This document shows, piece by piece, positions 57,486 to 64,000 of a stretch of 64,000 nt of DNA (the stretch's first letter is position 1; each line of letters begins with the position of its first letter). The notes below the pieces were generated by a model, which saw nothing but the letters and a program-made list of their open reading frames with translations, did not search any database and was not told the DNA's origin. This DNA is from Blasia pusilla (Eukaryota), in assembly GCA_050084515.1 (NCBI GenBank), contig CM114271.1:45074001-45138000 (forward strand), read 5' to 3'. The position numbers and the translations under genes are program-made.

Positions 57486-58449
57486 TGTCGCGACCCTCAT
57501 GACCAAACAAGTGCCAAAGCGGAACATCCGAACATTAGCGGGCTCACGCTAAGATGGTTTGCGTGTTGGAGTGGTCTCGAAGAAGAGACAAGAGACGAGA
57601 CGCAAGCGGGGCTTCGCGTTTTCAGATGTTATGGTCACGACTGAGAAACCTGGACCAAATGCGAACAAGACTTGAAAGGAATTGAGTCTATAAAGTGGGT
57701 TGCCAAAGGAAGAATCCGGATTTGGAATGCCACTAGCGTTTGAGAGTTTCTGAATGTATTTATGGCCATATCTTTTAGCGCCAAGATGCGTTTGGATCAG
57801 ACAAGGGTGCGTTGGAATACTTATGGAAAGACGGTTCAAATGCACTAAATATCTTTGCAAACGCATAAGCAGCAGCTGAGAAACAACCCAGAAACGACTG
57901 TAAGTAGAGTCGGGTTGAGGGCCACAACGAAGGGCCCGACCCTCCTTTTCCAAAGGGGGGGTTATTGGAGAACCCCAGAAGTACTAGTAAGGGGGAAGGT
58001 CTCCCAGAGTGCTTGGAACTCGAACCCCACTTTGGGTGCCACGGGGCGGCTCAAGGGCATGGAACGGATCGAGAGTTTGGGGTTGGGTGGGAAAACCTGA
58101 ACCAAGTCTATGGAGGCGATTTTAGACATCCCTCTTGGATTTCACCCCGCGACTCAATTACTTGGGTCTCGGTTTGGAACTCACACGAGAGTTGGGATTG
58201 CTAGGCGCGCAAGTGCCATTTTAGGTTCCTGGACTAATCAGGAAGTATGTTCCAAGTCTTGAAGGACTTGCCATGTTTTGGAAACTAGGAAGTAAGGAAG
58301 GTTGAGCTTGATGAGACGCCGAGTTGAGAACTCGGTGGGTTGGAACGCTGGTTGGACCAGACTCGACTAACGAGAGTGCGTGTTTGGGTGCAGAACGTAC
58401 GCTTCCGCAACAATAAAGACTAACGTTCAAGGAGAGTAGGGGCACGACA
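57486..58449 (+). repeat. 3' LTR (964 bp), TGTCG...CGACA
   Basis: 5-bp inverted termini, directly after the PPT. Confidence 0.88.
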
Positions 58450-59590
58450 CTTGGAGCGGTGCTCACCCAGTATGATGATGAGGGTAGAGAGTTCGTGGTG
58501 GCTTACGCTAGCCACTCGAACAACCTGCAGAGGCAAAGTATAGCTCGTATGAGGGTGATACGAGCATGTTCTCATAGGGCTTAGTTGTTTCAGAGAGTGA
58601 TGCCCATGGCGTTCGAGAATTTGGCGATTGTGCAGCATCGGGATACGTTGAGGTATGCAATTATTCGGGGTGGTGGTTATCAACCAACTATCATGAGGTT
58701 TCATCAGGGAGATTATGTCTACTTGAAGTAGACGGCGCCGACGACGTTGGATGTGACTTCAGGGCGCACTATCTTGATAGTGCGTGACGTTTTGCCATCT
58801 CGTGTTCTTTTGGTGGAGGGACGCGATGGTATGGTATGGAAGAACCATGTGCGTAATTGTGCATCATGTCACCTTCCTAACATTGATGATACAATAGATC
58901 CGAGCTTAGTAGTAGTTCCTGCAGGCTTGTGTTGTATGTTGTGTGGTTCTGCTCGTGGTGCGGCCAGGATGCTAGTCTGTGATTGATGTTCGAGAGGTTG
59001 GCATATGGCATGTCTGACGCCACCTCTGACTAGGGTTCCTCGAGGATGATAGATGTGTCCCAGATGTACATAGAGGAGATACTAGGTAGGTTTCGATTAC
59101 GACTTTTTCTGTGACATGGATGACAGGAAGGCGACTAACGATAAGGCCACATGAGCACCCGGCCTTTCTGCTCTTAGCGTCGTAGAGATGTATGTTGTGG
59201 TAGGTAGGGATAGATGGGTATCTGAAGTTAGAGGGACCTAACCACTAGCTAGGGGGGCGATTGGAGATATTTTGGTACTTCTTGCCTCTATGTATGGATG
59301 CCATGAGTTAGCATGGGATCGTGTGTGTTCTCGATGATAGCGATCTGTATGCGCATGACAACTATCACGACTGTTAGGATAGATTGATGGGATCTTACAA
59401 AGCGTCTGCACGAGTAGTGGAGGACAAGCCCAAGATATCGAGGATGACTTTCTAAGGCGCCGGGAAATCTGAGAGAGCAGGTTTCCCCTTCATTTCGGCT
59501 CATTTGGAGCCAGATAGAGAAACTTACTATTTCGGGTAAGTTTCCATATTGGGGATAGTTGAATTTATACTTTGGGAAGTTACCCTTGAA
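58450..59590 (+). mobile_element. Second Ty3/gypsy family: RNase H fragment fused to an integrase C-terminus with a PHD finger (58933-59073), then PPT and LTR-like sequence
   Basis: [63 protein letters not shown] (C4HC3). Confidence 0.8.
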
Positions 59591-60530
59591 GTGCAGTACG
59601 CCTCCGCTGATTTTTAGAGGGTCTTGGATAGGGTCTTGGTTGATCTAGATTTTGCTAGGTGTTATATTGATGATATCGTAGTCTTTAGTGCCACGGTTGA
59701 GGAGCATGAGCGACATCTAGAGGAGGTGTTTCGACGATTGCAATTACATGAGCTGAAGCTACATCCAGGCAAGTGCAAGTTCTTCTACGACCACATTGAT
59801 TACTTGGGTCATACAATATACCCAGGGGGCCTTGGTGTTCAACAGACAAAGGTAGAGGCTATCTCACGCATTCCACGCCCTACAGATGTGAGTCGTGTTC
59901 GCGCATTCATGGGATTGGCAAACTTCTATCCGCAGTACGTCAAGGGATTCAGTTCGATTGCGAGCCTCTAACCTTGCTGACAAAGGTGGATCACAAGTGG
60001 CACTAGGGAGATGAGCAAGAGCGAGCATTTCAGTTGCTCAAGGACAAGTTGACGTCCGCGCCCATCTTGAGGAGACCAATCAGGGGGCGTCCTTTCCAGT
60101 TGCACACAGATTGGAGCATGTTGGGGCTTGGAACGATGCTCACCCAACATGATGATGAGGGTAGAGAGTTCGTGGTGGCTTACGCTAGCCGCTCGAACAA
60201 TGCTACAGAGGCGAAGTACAACTCGTATGAGGGTGAGTGCTTGGCTACAGTGTGGGCTGTCGCGTATTTCATGTGTTACTTATTCAGCAACCCCTTTACC
60301 ATCATCACTGATCATCAACCACTGAAGTGGTTGATGGAGTCCGACAAGTTTCTAGGGAAGCTTGCGAGATGGGCTTTGTTGTTGCAGGAGTATGATTTTC
60401 AGGTGGTACATAGACTTGGGACACTCATCAGGATGCAGATGGGTTGAGTCGTAATCCATGTCCAAGTTAGCGAGATGCGACTGGATCTCGATGGCATGGA
60501 GAGAGTGATGAGGAGTCAGTGCTAGGATGA
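59590..60530 (+). pseudogene. Ty3/gypsy RT-RNase H fragment (same family as 58450)
   Basis: CYIDDIVVFS, KCKFFYDHIDYLGH, LHTDWSMLGLG, YEGECLA, TDHQPLKWL. Confidence 0.9.
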
Positions 60531-60680
60531 CATGCGTAAGTACGAAGCAGTCTCCCAACCCCCCTTCCTCAACTTTAGTCAGGGTATGGTTGCAGCTCGT
60601 GATATCTTCGAACATGCATGCCATTGAGACGAGTGGATAATGCGGTAGTTATGATTTGATCCGGGTTTGAGATATAGCCC

Positions 60681-63600
60681 TCATGAGTCGGGGGCATTTC
60701 TCCTTAAGGTGGTCGTGATTTTCCATGAAAGCTTGATGAGTCTTTTTGGGACCTGGTCCAGAGCTTGGAATGTGAACCGTCTCCTTTTCCAGTCGGTGGT
60801 CACTCGCGCACCGTAGAGCCAGGGCCTTCCAATCAGCAAGGGGTATCCTGTGGTCGTCAAGGGTTGCAGCGCTAAGTAATCTAGCAGAAATAAGACACCT
60901 CCCACCATCGTTGGAATATGAGTGAGTTGTCCGAGGGGTCGCTTCCGGGACTGATCTGCAAACCGCATATATTTGTCGGTGGGCTCGTACTTCGTGTACC
61001 CCAAAGCCTGGGCTGTTTGTGCTGTCATAATATTGATGGCACTCCCCGAGTCAATGGGCACTTTCTCAATGGTGTCCCCGTCGATCTCGACTTCGACTTT
61101 CGAGGCTCCCAAATCTTCTACTTCAATACGGAATAAGTCCATCATCAGAAGACCCATTGACAGCTTCTTGGTTTTTCTTCGGCTCATCTTCCACTGCTAT
61201 AGGATTTCACCATAAACCGGGTTATCCATTAGCAGCTGTAATGAGGTGATATTTTCCGGGGTTGATGCCAAATCCAGGAGTAAGTTGTAGGCCTCTAAAA
61301 CCACCGGCGACATCACAATGACTTGTACTGCTGGCGCTTTTCCTGCCCTCGAGGTCTCTGAGGGTGGCTGTGATCCCCGTTCTTGGTGTGGGTCCTCGCA
61401 GACCTGAGTCCGAACCTATTTCTCGATGTCTTGATGGAAGTACTTGGGATGAATTCGGTCGAAAGCAGGGTCAAAATCTCCTTTGAGAATGGCCTTTCCG
61501 GCGCGATGTCGTGTTGAGAGCCTTTCTTCGAGTAAGGGCATGCCTTCTAGCTGCAGCATACATGGTCGATGCAAGGTGAACTCTCTAAGAAGTTTTCCTT
61601 TTTCAATACAAAATTATTATGTATACTCTCCATTCTCTCACGACAGATATCACAAATGGAAGTGCCGAGACGATCACTTCTTCGTAACATTGAACCCAAA
61701 ATTCTTAACTATAAAATCCCTATAAACTACTTTATACTTATACACGAGGAAGATAGCACAACTAGTGTTAAACCCTACTTGAGCAGTCCTATTGACGTCC
61801 ATGGATCGCAATATAAGGACATACAAAGTACAATCCCATGTCCTTCCATATGTGAAGATAAGAAGAATCACCGGAGTTGGAGATAGAATCACCTGATTCA
61901 TGAACGCCTCCCCAAAGTGATAAACTAAATAGCAAGTGAACCAGTGCCTATCTTCAAAGAGTACCTTGACATGGTATGGATTGAGGAAAGGAAAGTCGGG
62001 CACAACTCGTGCTCCACCCCTATCCATGCTTGACAGACATTCTCTACTCTCCTCAAGAATGGGTTTTGGCGGAGTTATTCTCCCAAAAGGGGTAATCAAC
62101 TTTCATTGGGAAAGTAACAAGCCAAAACATTCAGTATTTTAATATGACTAAACTCCTCTAAGGTGACAAACCTCTCATCTCCACACACACACCACACTGT
62201 AGAAACCTCTCGAAGAATAGAACATGGTCAAGTTACTCTCCCAAGAAGGGTGATCCACTCTCATTGGAAGAGCAAGCAATCCCAAAGTCATACACTCAAG
62301 AGTGACACGAGAGACTCAAGATGTGGAATAGAAGGTGATGAACCCTTGAAGGTCCCTCCTCTTTATAAACTCACAAGTGATCCACAAGAGTATGAAATAT
62401 AACTAATCTTATCTTGTGCCACATGGCTTCCTCTCAAGGCTTAGCCAATCACATTTTGACACAAATAGATTTCGTCTTATCTCTTCCAAAATATCTTCTT
62501 TTATCCACTTGATATTTTCCAAATTATCCGAACTAACCTAGCCACCAACCAAGCCTAATTTTGCTTTTCATTAAAGCACCAACCTCACTACTTTACTTTT
62601 ATAAAGTCATCTTTTATTTATTACCTCTTTTCCTAAAGTTAGGCCCGCATAAAAGAGGCACCATAAAGAGGTTTAAACATGGGAATTTCCTTTTCCTAAG
62701 CTAATTTACTTAATATTAATAAAACTCTAAACTCTTACACACTGGCTGATTTTACTATACGACTACGGAAGGTATCACTGCCTTTGGTCTTCTTGGGGTC
62801 TTTGACTTCGCGCGAAGACGAAGCCCCTATCTGGGTTTTGGTTGTCCCTCCGGTCTGGGTTTTGGACCTCGTGGTGACCACGAGAGCTTCGTTCAGGAGT
62901 TCCTCCGGCCACTTTGAGGAGTCTTAAGTTTCCGTCCTATCGGACTCCGCTTCCTTGATGGTAACTCGCCTTGCTTTAGGGGATAACAACTCCTCCACTC
63001 GGACGAGCTGAACATTTACTTCATTTTGAGACTCTGTTGGTATCACTGGGGTAGTTACATACTTGACCAGCAACCGCGGAACCTTGGGCTCCGGGCACTC
63101 CACAACAATGTGCCCGCCTTTCTTACAATTCCCACACATTGGATTGAGTCCTACGGGCCTCTTGGGGTTTGGGCAATTGTTGGCCCAATGGTCGGCCGCC
63201 CCGCAGTTATAACAGCAGTTCCTTTTTATTGGCAGCGTGAAGGCCGCCGTGCCCATAATCTGTTTGAGGGGTCGCTGCTCCCCGTACTCCGGGGGCACAT
63301 ATCTTGGGATCCAACTTCGTCCAGGATTAGGGGTAAGCATGGCTTGGATTGCATAACATCCTTCCCATTGTTCGGCTTCATGCCACCCTTCTTCCGCGGT
63401 TAGTACTTCCTGGATCCAACGTAAATCTCTCTGAATGTGACACCCCTGAGCAGTATGTCCTTGGGTTCCACAGGCACTACACCACACGTTGGGTCTCACC
63501 AAACCCGGTCTTCTACTGGGGTCCTTCTGAGACGCCAAATTTACTTTTAACTCCGCAATTTTTTTACTTAACTCCTCCATGGCAGACTTGCCTGACTTCT

Positions 63601-63900
63601 TCGATGTCCCTTGTACTGGACTGACAGATCTTCGGGGGCCATGCTTGGTAGGCTTGCCTTTCCTTCCCCGCTTGGGAGTGCGGTGGCATGTACGTCTCTT
63701 CCGTTTGGATTTTGGGTCCTCTTCGAAGTCTGTGGACCCCGTCGTGCCATCCGTGGAGGCTTCGGTGTCTGTAGAGGACGCTTCGTCCTCTCAGGAAGAA
63801 CTAGTGTGCGAAGAGCCTCATCGTTGATGACATCGTCTTCGCGTTTTTTGGGACTTCTCGGAGGCTTTGTACGCCTGTACTGATGCAATGACTGCTTCTA
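60681..63900 (-). pseudogene. Ty3/gypsy gag (three zinc knuckles) and aspartic protease, interrupted at ~61567-62777
   Basis: CSACGTQGHTAQGC, CYNCGAADHWANNC, CGNCKKGGHIVVEC; PIDSGSAINIM..LLIGRPWL. Confidence 0.8.
61567..62777 (-). repeat. Probable solo-LTR-like insertion (~1.2 kb)
   Basis: Abrupt AT-rich non-coding block inside GC-rich gag-protease coding sequence. On the minus strand it starts TGATACC. No clear TSD was found. Confidence 0.45.
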
Positions 63901-64000
63901 GAGAGTCTCATTGGCCCTGGCGGCAATACCGGTCCACCTCCTTGGATAGTCCTGACACAAACCAGTCTACCAATTGTGAGGTAGTTGTGGGTTCGAGTTT

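Larger units (their letters stand above)
52037..58449 (+). mobile_element. Ty3/gypsy chromovirus with truncated 5' LTR (52037-52265) and complete 3' LTR
   Basis: PBS TGGTATCAGAGC at 52268-52279 (tRNA-iMet). PPT AAAGAGGGGTGAG at 57473-57485. 52037-52265 matches the 3' end of the 3' LTR. Confidence 0.92.

Overview
This is eukaryotic, TE-dense plant nuclear DNA. A non-seed plant such as a bryophyte is likely, but that is inferred only from the TE families and gene content. Almost every reading frame is broken by frameshifts or by stops consistent with CAG>TAG and TGG>TAG/TGA changes. One host gene is recognisable: a disrupted HCF152-like chloroplast PPR gene (39.3-41.9 kb, minus strand). The first ~22 kb is a nested stack. 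The outer layer is a Mutator-like (MULE) element. Its transposase is split by a 14.9-kb P-element-like insertion with 8-bp TSD TTTCACCT, and removing that insertion restores the frame. The insertion has an internal inversion and carries a PHD-finger remnant, a ~350-bp tandem repeat and a LINE inserted in a (CT)n tract. The most striking signal is the architecture of the MULE. It has a second, divergently oriented gene with a coiled coil and a ParB/Sulfiredoxin-like DGNHR domain. It also has three arrays, ~10-12 copies each, of a 29-bp palindrome (TGCAACCCGTCGGA-N-TCCGACGGGTTGCA), confined to its intergenic region and predicted introns. This looks like a ParB/parS-like or VANC-like protein-plus-cognate-site module carried by a plant DNA transposon. 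The rest of the window holds hAT, Helitron (PIF1), CRE-like, chromovirus and PHD-bearing Ty3/gypsy remnants, a hAT-type MITE and a 41-bp plastid 16S fragment. All family assignments come from manual translation and motif recognition; no database searches were run.
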